Notes: generated by a model not told the origin, from the letters alone. 64,000 nucleotides of DNA from Marsupella aquatica (GCA_973895155.1 OZ316891.1:30759112-30823111); one strand, 5' to 3'. Shown: positions 13,893-27,153, counted from the stretch's first letter. A program made the numbers and translations.

Positions 13893-14872
13893 ACGGTTGG
13901 TCCTTCTTGCAATGTACATTCAACAGAAATTGTCACCAAGACATAGTTTTGAAGTTTTGACTCCATCACTGTTATGCCAAGCCGACCCGATCTCAATAGC
14001 TTCTCCTTGACACTACGATTGACAAGAGTACAGTTGATGGACCCGTGATTGTAGATATGATGGCGGTGGAGCATAAATTTGAAAGCGAAACTGCAATAGC
14101 AATCAACTTCAATGCAAAACGACAATAGCAATACTTTGTCAAGCATCAACAAGAGTAGCAAGTGAAGAGCAAGTAATGAAGAACTTGGCTGGTTGGAAAT
14201 TTTCAGTCGGCTATGATGGGACATGGTTACAAAATTCAGGTCACTGAAAACGCATTTTCTATCGAGTTTTAACTTAGAAAACCTTTCAATCTATTGTAAT
14301 TGTGTTCACTGGACAGTGAATGCGAATTCAGCTTGATCGACTTCCTGATTAGCTTCCGTTCATACTGAAATCTTGAAGGATGAACGATTCTCTAGACCTC
14401 TTTGATAGGGATGGATTTGTGTATTGAATTGAGCGTCGTGGACACACACATGAAAGTTCAATGGAATGAGAACAAGTCTTGACATCAGGCCAAACACTTG
14501 AAATTGAAACAGTTGGGCAAGTTGATCTTCTGACGATAATATCGATGTATATCAAGATGTCGACTGGTATCTGGGCGCCACTATCCAGCATTCAGCGCTT
14601 CTATCTACGCCATCTTTTTAGGAGGGTTCACATTGTTACAAGAAATCAAGCCCTTACCCACCACTCAAAACGGGGCCTGCCACTGACAAGCTTGCCATAC
14701 TACCAAGCATTCGTAGTGAAACGACTGTTGTCGTCCTAGGACAAGAAGTGCCTTGTCTACTCGTTATCTTTAGTAGATTCTGGAAACAAAAAAAATGTCC
14801 TTGTGAGGGATAACCATCTGCTGAGGTGCAAACCTTGTTGTCATCCTGGTACCATACTCATCTATGCTTTCA

Positions 14873-16825
14873 GAAGGCGTGCGAGCGCACTTGGTCACAA
14901 CGGTACTCCGAATGCCATAAAATGGTCATGACTCTAGTTGCAGAGCATGATGGACTTCTTACGGAGAAACTAGAAAAGGTAGCAAGCATACACTGAAGCA
15001 GCTTACTTGTTACAGATATGAAGAGTAACTTACAGACCCGCTTACAGATTAAGATTTAGCGCATCTCCTGCTTATTGCCTTCTTATTGCCATGCAAAAGT
15101 CAATAGCAACCATTCAGGCAAAGTATGTTCGTCTCAAGAGCTAGCTAGAAACTCTTCTATCGTGCAGGACAAAGAAATTGAGACAATGCAAGAGCGAGCT
15201 CGTGAACTCCAAAACACAATTGATGAGCTCACTCAAGTGGCTGATGCACGGAAGAAAGAAATTGTCAGTCTAACCCACCAATTCGAGACGGTCCAGGTGA
15301 GCACGTGAAGTACTTCACAGCTCCAACAGACGAGTTGACAGATAAACTGAGATATTCTACAGAACAAAGAGTATAACGGATTTTTTTAACGACTGTCCTC
15401 AAATGGAAGGAAAAGAAACCATGAATTACAATTTCTCAATACTTCACAACAACTTTATTTAAATAGTAGCCCTTACTGCAATAAGCTTTCTCGAACAGGG
15501 GAGAATGAGTGGCAGGCTAGGGGAATTGGAGCAAGCGAAGCAAGACCTAGAAGGCAATTTGAGGAAGAGAATACTCGAAGAGTATGACGGAAAGATAGCA
15601 GAATTAATGGCTCAATTGCAGAGTATCGAGTATGCAGTGTCCCTTGAACAGAGGGAAGCCCATACAAGGTGCTTCACATTGATGATGTGGCAGAAAATAC
15701 ATTAAATTGTCTATGACTGTTTTGGAAACCAGAGATAGGTTGATGGAATAGTTTCTGTCATGTGCATGGACCTTAAGTAACATTTTTCTTAAAAATTTCC
15801 CCACTCTTCCCATACTATGGCTCCATGCCAGGTCACAATCCTCTGTTGCATCCTATGTGTTATCATCCTCTGCAGGAAACCTCTATCAATCAGAGCTCTT
15901 TACTCCAATGTCACAGTTCAAGATCTCAGGAGAGAGCGGGATGCGTTACGTATATTCTTTATCTATCTCACGTCTCTTCGCTCCGGAATTGAATGTCGAT
16001 TTTCAAAAGGCTGTTTTCAGCACTGCAGAGGGTTATTGGAGAATCCTTTCTTTCGTCCATTATTTGTCCGAGAAGTTGACTATGCCCGTGCCTACTCATT
16101 GCATTGCTCGTCCTGATGAGCGGAGCTGTTTCTGGAAACAGCTTGTTGGAGAAGGTGGCAAAACTGGAGAAAGAAATATTTTCTTTGAAAGGATCTCTCT
16201 CCCAAGTGAGAACTCACGAAACTAGGCAAGAGAGACTCATCTCAAACAATCATTTGTCATCAACTTCCATGCCATCTTGGATTACCATTGTCAATCCATT
16301 GGGTACCTTCTTCTTGATTTAGTATGCTCAATTCCCGGTGCTCCAAGTCTGTTTTAAAAGATATTGAATGTCTCATCCTGATCTAGAGTATCAGCCATGT
16401 TGAACAGACTATCTGAGCGCAAGGCCACACTCACTGAAGAAGTGACCACTCTACAAGATGCTCTCCAGGACGGTCAAACCTTGTAAGTAGCCGAACTGTG
16501 ATCACATTAACACAGCCGTCTCCTATGCCTGAAAATGAGGAATCGGTACAAGTGATTTTCGTCCTATAATTTTCGTGCACACCAACCTTTCCCTGAAGAG
16601 TTGACCTTTCCATGCATGTGTATTTGTACTAAGTCCTACAGATTAGAGAAGTCGGAAGTGGAGAAAACACGTGAGATATCTCTACTGCATGAGTTTCTCC
16701 GTGAAGCTAGAGCAAAGGAGCATGTGTAAGTTATGCTTGCTTGCACTTTGAATCCTTGATTCAATTGATGTTCAAGGATAACTCAGTTGAAACAGGAGAC
16801 TAGTGAAGAAATTTCCAAAGCAGAT
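14873..16825 (+). pseudogene. Inverted partial duplicate of CCDC57-like exons and introns (reverse complement of ~6240-8456) with an internal deletion
   Basis: ORFs 15075-15308, 15505-15705 and 16104-16322 are near-identical to minus-strand ORFs 8021-8254, 7612-7824 and 6744-6962. About 260 bp (~7156-7410) are missing at ~15915, at an ACAGT microhomology. Confidence 0.92.
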
Positions 16826-16865
16826 GGTTTGATGCTGACCTTGTGAATTTGCAGGAGACGAAGCA

Positions 16866-17948
16866 ATGAAGGGCCCTCATACTCAAAAACAAGTGCAAGT
16901 GCCTGTTCCGCTCAGTTCTAGCAGCAGGTCAACTAATTCAGGCACAAGTGAGGAATCTGAAGATGAAGTTCAGGTTCGACTACCAAGTGACCAGGACAGT
17001 GGCAGCATGGACGAGGGGGAGCATACAAAGTCAAGGGCAAGAGAAAGGTTACAAACAAGAAAACAAATGACCAGGCATTGGACCAGGGTGCAAGACTAGT
17101 TGTAGACAATGATCATGTTGCTACACTAGTTCGGGAATATAGGAAGCATTTTATGGATTTTAGCAAGGATAGGAAGAAGAAGCCCAAGCAATTAATTCCA
17201 AACAAGGTGTGGACAAAGGTTTATAGCAACTACAAAAAACAATTCCCTAGGTCTGGATTTAGACCAGAGAGCCTCAAGATTCATCTACGACAGGCATTGA
17301 CTGAAATGCAATCCAGAGTCAATAATCTAGAGGCTGATAACCAAGATGGTGCTGAACTCCAAGATTCTGAGGAGATGAGGGAACTATACAACACAAAAGG
17401 ATTTTTACGTCGAAATGTCTTGCAGGTCAGACAACGAAGCATGGAAGGGAGTGTTTCTAAGAAACGCAAGGAGCCTTTTGAGTCAGCTCCACCAGCTAGC
17501 GATGGCACACCTAAACGTTTAACTCCACATGCAAAGAAGAGCAACACATCAAGCAAGCCTTTCACCGAGAAGGAGGCTCTCAAGCAAGCTGGTGAAGATA
17601 TTGCCTCCGTGACTGTTGTTTGAGGTTAAGAGCATCAAAGAGAAAAAAACTGAAGGTGTTGCTTCAAAGGAGGTGGATGAGAAGAGGGCTTTGTTGATTG
17701 AGGCCAGATGTGTGGAGGCTACTGCTAGACATGAGGAGGCTGCTGCTAGGTGTGAAGAGGCTGCTGCCAGGCACAAGGAGTCCACTGCCAGATGTGAGGA
17801 GGCACATTCAAGAAAAGTGTTCCAGGACAAGCAGAACATTCTAGTTGAGATAGGCCTTCTAGAGAAACAGAGAGATGTAGGTATCATTACTGTAGCTGAA
17901 TTCAAGGAGAAGTGTAGAGTTGTTTTCGGGCTTAAAGCAACAATCTAA
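16866..17948 (+). pseudogene. Harbinger-associated Myb/SANT (trihelix)-like DNA-binding protein, frameshifted
   Basis: Three overlapping ORFs (16866-17099, 17078-17623, 17616-17948). Helical pattern LVREYRKHF...KVWTKVYSNYKKQFP...ESLKIHLRQAL plus a C-terminal coiled coil. Lies convergent to a Harbinger transposase, the usual two-gene PIF/Harbinger layout. Confidence 0.55.
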
Positions 17949-19159
17949 ATCAAGATAGAGATCCCAGTCCTTGCATAGACATTTTGTTTATGGCCGCAAC
18001 ATAGTTTTGAGAGTTTGTGACATTCAAGAATAACTTCAAGATAGTTTACAGCAAGACATCATTTTGTTTGGTACCTTTAAAGCAAAAATATAGGGGAGGG
18101 CCCAATCTTGTGATGGGCATTTTGAACCCAATTGTATTTTGAAGCGCATGCAAGACTATTTGGAGAACTCCAGTTCAATTCAATCTCGTTGCAACAGTCT
18201 CTGTTTTGAGTCATTGAGTCACTGCAATATTCCATTATTAGGTAAGTAGGCCTGGCATTGCCTAGTTTAGGGGTATTATCGTCACTGTGCCCTGTTCGGA
18301 TACATCAATCGTAGAACTGTGCTCATTGTGCCTTGCTTGAACACAACAATCATAGAAACCTGCTCAATAGTCCTAGTGGGCTAGTTCACCCACATTTAAT
18401 ATTGCTAGTAGAAGCTATGTCTGGCATCTACAATCCTCTTGGCCCTTGGGGTGGACTGGTTCACCCACATTTAATATTTCTAGCAGACGCTCTGTTTGTC
18501 TATCAATCAATACATCATGGGGTGGATTGTGAATAACAGCTCGGGGCCAATGCTACTACCGAGCACAAAGAGGACAAGATTGAGAAAGGAAATCTTTTGT
18601 TAGTCACCGCAATATTCATTATTATCCCTGGCCAGATAACGAGCCACACTGTTGTCTCTTACTAAGAATTATTATCCTTTGGGCAAACTAGTAATATCCT
18701 TTTGCAGCTTGCTATCTCCATGAGATTTTTGTGACAATATTCTTTTGGAGGGGGCTACAGTGTTGTTTAAACCTGCATGGCGTCAGAATGGATCTTCTCA
18801 ATTGCAGGGGAATATATGAGTATCCCAACATGTTCACACATTTGGCATGTACCTAGTACGAGCGGACTTGTGTTGTGTGGGACTTTCGACAATCATGAGC
18901 ACTTGAAGCCAGCCAGTAGAATCAATCCAGAGCATATTATAATAATAAGATAAGACAAGATGTTGCGAGCTAGCACATCAGAAGAACCAAACAGGCTGTC
19001 TAGAATTATATAATAGTTATACAAATCCAAAGTTGCAATGTCAATCATCCATTGATTTCATTCATTTGTCCACATATGAACAGTAAGTTCTCCCTCTCTA
19101 CTCTCTCTCTCTCTCTATTGCTTTTGGATCGTCTCTAGTAAGTCAGTTACTCCATCAAG

Positions 19160-20420
19160 TTACTCCATGTTATTATGGCACGGAAATGCATAATATTCCA
19201 TACTGTCCTCAAGTTTAGACTTAATAGTCCCCTGCCCAGCCTCTCTCTCTCTGGCATGGCCCCTAGGGCCTACCACCTGTTCATCCATGTTCCGTCTGCG
19301 TATGTGAATAAAGTTTGTAAGGAGGGTAGCAGATGTGAACATAACTTTGAATCTGGGTCTTCTGAGGTCCCACTGTTTATGGAGATGATGCCACTTCATC
19401 TTCAATCCACAGATTCCCCACTCCACTTGTACTCTATACCCTGCATGCATCTTATTGAAAGATCTGACTGCTCCACGAGGTAGTCGCATAGTGCAAATTT
19501 TGGTTTTGCTGTAGCCTCTCAAAATATAGTGCTCCATTCCCTTGTAACCTGAATCACCCATAAGAAACTCACAATATTCTCTAATGTTCACAAATAAATT
19601 CCTGAAGTTTGCTTCAACCCACGAATTCTATAGAATTGTGCAATCATGAAATGATCTTGGATATCCTGGATATATGAATATGAATAAACCGTTTTGGTCA
19701 ACTACCATGGTTGAATCCATACAATACATTTTCTTACTGCCCTGGTACCATCTCTTATGTCTAGGATCCTCAAAAGGTCTTCTGATTTTCACAAGAGTTC
19801 CATCCACAATCCCAATACAACCTACAAGCTGAGGAATGGTTTGCCCTAAGATCTTCGCTCCTCCTGAGATGGCCATCTAATCTCCTCAGCGATTGCCTGA
19901 TTGAATAGGTAGCCACAAACAAGGCATCGTCGCATACAGCAGCCCTACACCAATTCCAGCGACTCGCATCAAAGTTCATTGTGTTGTCGTGCTTCAAATA
20001 AAGCACAAAACTCATGAGACGCTGATCAGGGGACAATTTACATGGGCGGCCAGAAATAGTGTGATGTCTGCTTGAGGACCTTGCGTTCATTTGCAACAAT
20101 GGACATACCAGACGGGATAGTTCTTCAAATTCCTCAGGTGTGAAATTTGTCAGATCTTTAAACTATTGTGAGTGGCCAATGTGTCGTGTGAGTAAATCAT
20201 TCACTGGCAAATTGTGGATCACAGAACTCTGGTTCTCTCGGGAAAGCTCTATTGGCTCAAAGGACTCTATCATAGTCAAGTAAGCTCTCGTAGTTGTTGC
20301 CAAGATGAGATAGAGCTGCACATCCAGGTCAATAGCAGATTTGTCATCACTGCTACTATCACTACTAGCATCAATGTCCCTCTTGTCAACTTGGAACACC
20401 TCAAAGTCTTGAATGTCCAT
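19160..20420 (-). pseudogene. PIF/Harbinger DDE transposase (DDE_Tnp_4, HARBI1-like), disrupted
   Basis: Motifs CIGIVDGTLVKIRRP, GYPRSFHD, FLMGDSGY and FNKMHAGYRVQVEWGICGLKMKW. In-frame stops at 20163 and 19628 and a frameshift near 19900. Confidence 0.9.
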
Positions 20421-22049
20421 CGAGATATGTGCACACCAAAGAGAAGCTTTTGGATCGACGACCAATGCCAGTGGCCAATTGCCCATCAGCCCTACTCCTT
20501 CTGCTCCACTCACAGTGAAATCTCGAGAGCTCCAATCCTCTACTCTGATCGAATGATCCAGAATTCCAGATGGCTCGTAGGGAACAAAAAGCAAGTGAGT
20601 ACAATAACAAATGTTGCCCTCCCGGCACACTACGTCTTCTCCTCTTTTTCTCCATCCTATCCACAGAATCTATATTTGAGAAGTTGGGCTTGGCCTCGAG
20701 CGTTTATGACACCGTTGACACACCGAGAAGGCATACGGAGGACAGGAATTGATCCAAAACTCACAAGTCGCCAGCGTTGTGTGCTTTGAACTTCCCCGAC
20801 TGTTGTTTGGCAGTCTCACACACTCAAAAACCCACAAGGCAAGCCACAATTCGCCTTCCAAATAACCAAAACACTTCCAATTTGATTCAGTCTCTCCACC
20901 ACCACCTCTACTCCCACAGGTAGATGACAACTACATTACCATTCCCGACTTCACCTCCTCTAGTCCAGTCCAATCCAATGCAGTCCAATGCAAAGAACGA
21001 CTCTGAATGCTCCGAAGTAAATCTTAGTGGACAAAATGCTCCGCAAAAGGCGCAATTTCACATGGTGGGGACAACCAAAAGAAGGTGAAGAGACTCACAA
21101 CTTGGAATAACAGGGAGTCCAAGGGACTAAGGAGTCAGATTCACCAACATCGCCAGATTCAACGACAATTTTGAGTACAGATTTTGAATGTGAACTGATG
21201 AACTCACAACCCTAAAGAAACGAAGAAGGTTCAGCACATTCTTAGCATGTCAAGAGCCCAAAAGTCCCAATTCCCCTTTCCAGTTCAGCACTTAGCCCCC
21301 GCAACCAAATACGCACAATTTCGCAAGAACTTGCAGCAGCTTACTCGAAATTCCACCACTTCAACATTCCTCAATCGTCCTACCACCGAAATGCATCGAC
21401 CAAAATCAAAATCACCACTACTACGAATCGATCATCTCAGCAGAGACCGCAGTGTTTGATAGTTGGTATCTGCAATTGTGCGCGAGATACAAAGCATAAG
21501 GACATATGCTTCGTGTTGACATTGTTGCCATTTGTGGAGCATTAGTACCCCCCATGATAATTTCCTTCTCCTCTATCCGTTAACCCTATCGGGGGTTAAC
21601 TCAACCTTAAAGTTAACATTGGGCTGTAGGATGATGACGCCTGTATCTTTACATTTGACTCTAGTACAGTTATACTTAAACTTGGTCAAGTTGCTAAAGG
21701 TGAATGAATTTATGGATATCTGGACCTCAACCACAGTTTATAACTAACCATCCTTCAAACACAGTGGACTTTAAAGATATCTCTGTTATGTAAAAGTTTA
21801 TTTTGGTTTTTTTGTCACACACCAATCTCTACAATGCCGTATGGTAAAGGCATAATACCAGTCCTTATTGACTATAAATTGCATAGTCAATAATTTTTTG
21901 TGTCCATAATCTATAATAAGGAAGTTAAGGTACATCAAATTGTCAGTTTTGAGATGCTCTACCAAAGCAAAGAAACCTTAAAAATGAGGTCTATCAAATT
22001 GTCAGCTTTGAGACCCCCTATTAAAAACCAAGAAACCTTAAAAAATTTG

Positions 22050-22298
22050 GGCTTGCTCTGATGGCCTCGTTTGGTTTTCTTGTCCCCCACGAAGTAAAGG
22101 TAAAGGAGTGGGAAAGGAGACCACTAACAATTTAGGCCTGCTCTGTTGGGCTGGTTTGGTTTTCTTGTCCCCCACGGAGTAAAGGTAAAGGAGTGGGAAA
22201 GGAGACCATTAACAATTTAGGCCTGCTCTGTTGGGCTCGTTTGGTTTTCTTATCCCCCATGAAGTAGAGGTAAAAGGAGGAGTTGGAAAAGGAGGCCA
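22050..22298. repeat. Tandem repeat, ~84-bp unit x3
   Basis: TTTGGTTTTCTT(G/A)TCCCCCA at ~22071, 22156 and 22240, each followed by a GTAAAGG...GGAAAGGAG-like block. Confidence 0.85.
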
Positions 22299-23112
22299 TG
22301 AGGAGCAATATTATTGGCTGAGATTTCAATTCAGTTATGTGATGGGGGGGAGAAAATGCCTCCAAAGTATTTTCTCCGCATACAGTTTTCTCTGCATGAG
22401 TATAGAGTCACAAAAATATAATTTGGTCACAATATTCTCACTCACACCAACACTCTTTAGTTTGTATACAGTACTCAAGCATGGGGTATTGGAGTATACA
22501 TAGTATATTGTATTACACACAAATAAAAGTACATTAAATGCTCTCCCCTCAATGTACGTGTGTACTTGATTTTCTTTGTCTTTCACTTGTTAGAATTTAC
22601 TAATGCTTTTATATATTTCACTTTGGGTGTAATTGGTCAAAAGGCACGACACTTAAAGGGGCTTCCTATTTGTTTTTGTGTGAAATTGGTCACCTCAAAA
22701 ATATTTTTAAAGGGGCGTTTTTTTTAGAAGAAGCGATGAGTAAGGAGCATGCCCCATGGTTGATCTCATTATTTTATTTTCTTTGAGAGTTAAAAGGGAT
22801 AGATGATCAAGGGTATTTTAAAGAAGGGGAAAATCAAAAAGACAAAATTAGACATTTTTATTTTTTGGCCGTGATGGAGGATTACTTTAAGGGGAGCAAT
22901 AAAAAGGGTTTACAGAATCCTATTACACTCAACTAGCTAACCCCTATATTCGATCTCATTTTACACTCATTTGTTCCTCCCCTTTCAATACCCTTAAACC
23001 ATCCATAAAGAAGTGAGAGATTTCAGGTTTTATAAATCTTTCGTTTTTCTTGCAAGAAGGGGTCAACATCAAAACAAAAAAAATGCTTTTATTCCTTTCC
23101 TAGACATCCGCA

Positions 23113-24320
23113 TTGATCAGAATTGCACCCATAGGAGTTGTAGCTCATGCCATTAAAGGACAAACCTATCATTCAGCGTTATCGATAAGACCAATGCAAA
23201 AATTTGAGGCTTTGAAAAGACTTGCACTCTTACGATTGCAAAAGCGTTGGAAGCATATACAATATTTGATTATCGATGAAAAATCCATGCTAGGATTAAA
23301 ATCACTTGCAAAAATATATTTGCGCCTACGACAAGCATTTCCTAGCTCCTGAGATAAATTTTTTGGTGGGATTTCTGTTCTATTATTTGGAGATTTTGGG
23401 CAACTTCCTCCGGTGGGAGATACTCCTCTATTGGGGGACCTATCCAATTTAGGTGGAGATGCACTTGATCAAACATTGCAAGGAAAATTAACATATTTTT
23501 CATTTGAGGTTTCCACCATCTTATCAATAGTGATGCGCCAAGGAGGCAATGATCAAGAGGAAATCAAGTTTAGAGACTTATTACTAAGATTGTGCGATCG
23601 ATGTTGCATGCTTGAAGATTGGAAGTTGATGGCACATGATTTAAAGTGGATTGGAATGGATGCTTAAAATTAGTGCAACAAGAATTGGAGAAGATGAAAG
23701 ATGCTATTCGGATCTATCCAAGACAAAAAAAATGTTGTAACCTACAATGAATTTGATCTCAAAAATAGTGGTTTTCCTGTCAAGATTTTGGTTGCCGATC
23801 ATCCAACAGGAGCTGGCGATGCCTTGAAAGGTAGTGTAGATGATGTCGGAGGTCTTTTGACCAAAATATTCTTATCTAAAGGATCCAACGTCATGTTGAC
23901 CCAAATTCTTTGGGTACAAGAGGGTCTTGTGAATGAAAATACAGGGGTTGTGCATGATCTTGTATGGTTGGATCTTTTGGATGCCGCTAGCAATTTGCCC
24001 GATATCATTTTTATAGCTATGAAAAGTTATAAAGGCTCTACATGTTGGCATACTACAAACGGAATGACATTGGTTCCAATATCTCCATCTGTGGCCACAT
24101 GGGAGAAAGAGACATCACATAAACGAAAATCATTATCGAGGAAACAATTTCCTTTGGTTCTTGCAAATACTATAATAGTTCACAAGGCGCAAGGTGCAAC
24201 TGTTGAAAAAACAGTATTTGACTAGAGCAGTTCAGAATTTGCAATTGGACTCAACTATGTAGCGGTATCGCGCGTAAAAAAGTTATGCAATATAGTATTT
24301 GAGAAATATTTTGCCTACGA
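23113..24320 (+). pseudogene. Pif1-family SF1 helicase fragment (Helitron-like), with stops and frameshifts
   Basis: Motif Ia-like IAPIGVVAHAIKGQTYHSAL, II YLIIDEKSML, III FFGGISVLLFGDFGQLPPV (read past stop 23350), IV IVMRQ, V RKQFPLVLANTIIVHKAQG, VI GLNYVAVSRVK (past stop 24223). Walker A and a Rep domain are absent. Confidence 0.85.
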
Positions 24321-25902
24321 GCGTGTTCATCTTTAGATGCTGGTTTGTATATACGTCAACGAAAGGTTGACGATGAGAGGAGAAAAAACAAAATTCTTTA
24401 TGATTTATTTCAGATTAGCTAGTGGACGCTTTAGGGGTTAATTTAGGTTAGTCTTTTAGATACATTTTTTTCTCCATCAAATAAATAATTACATGTATTC
24501 TAGTTCAAACTTATATTATTTTGAGGTATCATATTATAATGAATTATCTTCTCCTTGTATTTATTGATTTTTCTCAAATTTAAATGCAACCCCAACTTAT
24601 CATGTTTTGTACTATTGCGAGTCCGGAATGGTTCATTCGGACCCCACTAGAGGTCCCTTCCAAAATTCCTGGCACCACAGTGTGTCATGTCAACAACAAC
24701 CGCAACAAACAAGACTCATAAGTTTTGTGAATCAAACTTATAGTTTTCATTCATGTTTGTATCAATTTGAGTGTAAATTTTGGGATGCCATGTTGTAAAA
24801 AGAAAAGTAAAAAAGTGGAAATGCAAAGAGCAAGACAATTAAAACTGTCACTGTGTAACCATTTAATTATTTCCAATTTAAAAATTTAAATTCAAAGATT
24901 TATAAAATATATTTTTCATATAATAAATAATGACTAATAATTAACTTGATAACTTCCTTGTTAAAGGGTAATTGACACCTGGAGTAAGATTTCCAATACT
25001 TTATAATTAAGGTAAACTACTAACCATGGTCTGAACTTGAACACTTGACTAATTCATACAATTCATTTGATCAGACATTCATCTAATTGCAAATGAACTT
25101 GTCACTGATTGAATTCTGATTTTCCTAGCTTGAGAATTTGGTAGCATATAACGAAAAGGCCTGATTTTGACAAATACTTGTGATAACCATACTGTCAATT
25201 AACCAAGGGTCCACGAACTAATTGGTATAGTGATAACTCTCGCGAGGCCGGAAAAGGCCGGAGAGGAGGAAGACCGAGACTCCGAGAGAGGGAGGGAGTG
25301 GGAGCTCGTGCATAGCTTTGTAACGTACGAACGAGACGTCGGGAGGGCCGAAGGATTTGCTTCGCACTGCAGTGAAGGGGTTTGTAAGGCGCTTCCTCTA
25401 GTAGTGAAAAGACAGACGAAGTGAAACGCGGGCAAGGACGGATACGGACACCCGACCAGCGCGTTTTGATCTTAGTTGATCCCTGATCCGCAGCACGAGC
25501 AGGAGGGAATTGGACACCGATTTTGCGTGTAGGTCGTTCTCATGAAGGTCCTTTGCGGAAGAGAAAAATTGTCCTCGATAGCAATTGTGATTCCCAGTAC
25601 CGATCCCGGACGCGTTGTGGTTCTTGCTCAACGAGCGGAGTTGTCTATCTGTTTCGTCCAGTGCGGAGGTGTTGGCGGAAATTAATGAAGTCCGGTGGAT
25701 CAGCTGCAGCTGCGGGGGGATGAAGCAGATTGAGTGAGCTGATGGTGAGGAAGAAAGATCAGTGCCGATGTAGATAGACAGAAGAAGACTCTTTGCATTT
25801 GAGTCTTGGCGTTGGCACCGGGCAACGCCATTGAGCTGAGCGAGAGCAGCAACAGGAATACTCACAGAATCGGAATTTGTGCGAGCAGTGAGGACTGGCG
25901 TT

Positions 25903-27153
25903 ATGGAGGCCGTGGCCGCGGTTGGGATTGGTAGAAGTTCGGGTGTGATCCCTTCACGGGCGGCCAATGCAGCAGGGAGTCGAGTCGCGGTGGATCCCCC
26001 GAGGGCCATAAGTGGTTTTGGGTTGCGTCGAGGAGAATCGAGCAAGGAATTCGCTGTCGTTAGGCTTTTAGGATTTAAGCAGGGTTTGGGGGCTTTAGGG
26101 CAACAGCAGCGGAGGTGGAAACAGAGCAGCAATGGAGAGGGGTCTCGGATGCAATGGATTGCAGCAGCTACGAACAGTGAAAGGAACTTTTTGGGTAGTG
26201 AGGAGGAAGCACTGGACCCTGAATCACGGCCTATCTCCCTGCCCATTATAGGTGAGATACCCTTGACTCACAAAGAGCTGAACATGTTCACTCCCATGAA
26301 ATTGGTGGTATGGGTTTTTCTTGGGACGCTGATTTACAGCATATGGAAGCTCATTGCGTCGATAACCATTTTTAATCCCGTGTTTTTAATGTACTCAACC
26401 TGGATATTCGTGAAGTGGCCATGGCCAGCAGCTGTTTCAGTGGGAATTGCGACACTCGTTACTGCATATCGAACGTCTCAGAGGCAGCCCAAGGAATGGG
26501 AGCAAGTGGTCCTGCTCCTGGGCTCGTTGACATGGTTGATTCTGGTGCCTCATGGTTTGTTTAATGGATTCGTGGATGGCTGGCCTCTGATACTTTACGT
26601 TCTGTACTCTGGGTTCTTCCTCATGAGTGCATTGGTCCGGTACCGTTTGTATGGAGATCTGGCAAGCAAAAGTGACGACAAGCAGTGGGAAACCTACCCC
26701 TCCAGGTTGTGGCAGATAGGGTTCGTCATCTGTGTTGTGTTGGGGCATTGGCTAGCAGCTTTAGAGGCACCATTTCTTCTTGAGACCTGGAATCTCCAGT
26801 GGACGAGCATAGTGGCCATATTTTCTCTGGCCTTGTCGGTGGTGACGCACTACACTGCTACCTATTTCTTGGGGAAGTATTTTGATAGGTTAGTAAGGCC
26901 TAAAGCGGTGGTGATGTTTGGACCTTATAGATTCGTCCGCCACCCCATTTACGCGAGCTATATGCTTCTCTTCGCAGGGTACTGCCTGGCGTTTAGATCC
27001 TATCTGAGCTTGGTGTTCTTGACCATGGCATGTATCTTGTACTACGAGCAACGAACAAAGCTGGAGGAGGGTATGTTGGCAGACTTTTTTGGGGAGCTTT
27101 ATGAATCTTACAGGGGAAAGGTCAAGCAAAAATACTTGCCTCTCGTATATTAA
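25903..27153 (+). CDS. Isoprenylcysteine carboxyl methyltransferase / PEMT-family integral membrane protein with likely N-terminal transit peptide; single exon
   Basis: Multiple transmembrane helices. C-terminal family signature VVMFGPYRFVRHPIYASY...EEGMLADFFGELYESY. First ATG at 25903; S/R/A-rich N-terminus. Confidence 0.85.
   Translation: MEAVAAVGIGRSSGVIPSRAANAAGSRVAVDPPRAISGFGLRRGESSKEFAVVRLLGFKQGLGALGQQQRRWKQSSNGEGSRMQWIAAATNSERNFLGSEEEALDPESRPISLPIIGEIPLTHKELNMFTPMKLVVWVFLGTLIYSIWKLIASITIFNPVFLMYSTWIFVKWPWPAAVSVGIATLVTAYRTSQRQPKEWEQVVLLLGSLTWLILVPHGLFNGFVDGWPLILYVLYSGFFLMSALVRYRLYGDLASKSDDKQWETYPSRLWQIGFVICVVLGHWLAALEAPFLLETWNLQWTSIVAIFSLALSVVTHYTATYFLGKYFDRLVRPKAVVMFGPYRFVRHPIYASYMLLFAGYCLAFRSYLSLVFLTMACILYYEQRTKLEEGMLADFFGELYESYRGKVKQKYLPLVY

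Larger units (their letters stand above)
16826..21000. mobile_element. Degenerate PIF/Harbinger DNA transposon (ends not resolved; left end truncated at the duplication junction)
   Basis: Transposase plus Myb/SANT-like gene pair; no TIR or TWA target-site duplication identified. Confidence 0.7.

Noticed and set aside
21570-21620. GTTAAC-rich palindromes as a Harbinger TIR
   Set aside because: No matching partner end or TWA target-site duplication found.
25398-26246. 282-aa minus-strand ORF
   Set aside because: Antisense shadow of the GC-rich ICMT-like 5' region; no recognisable domain.
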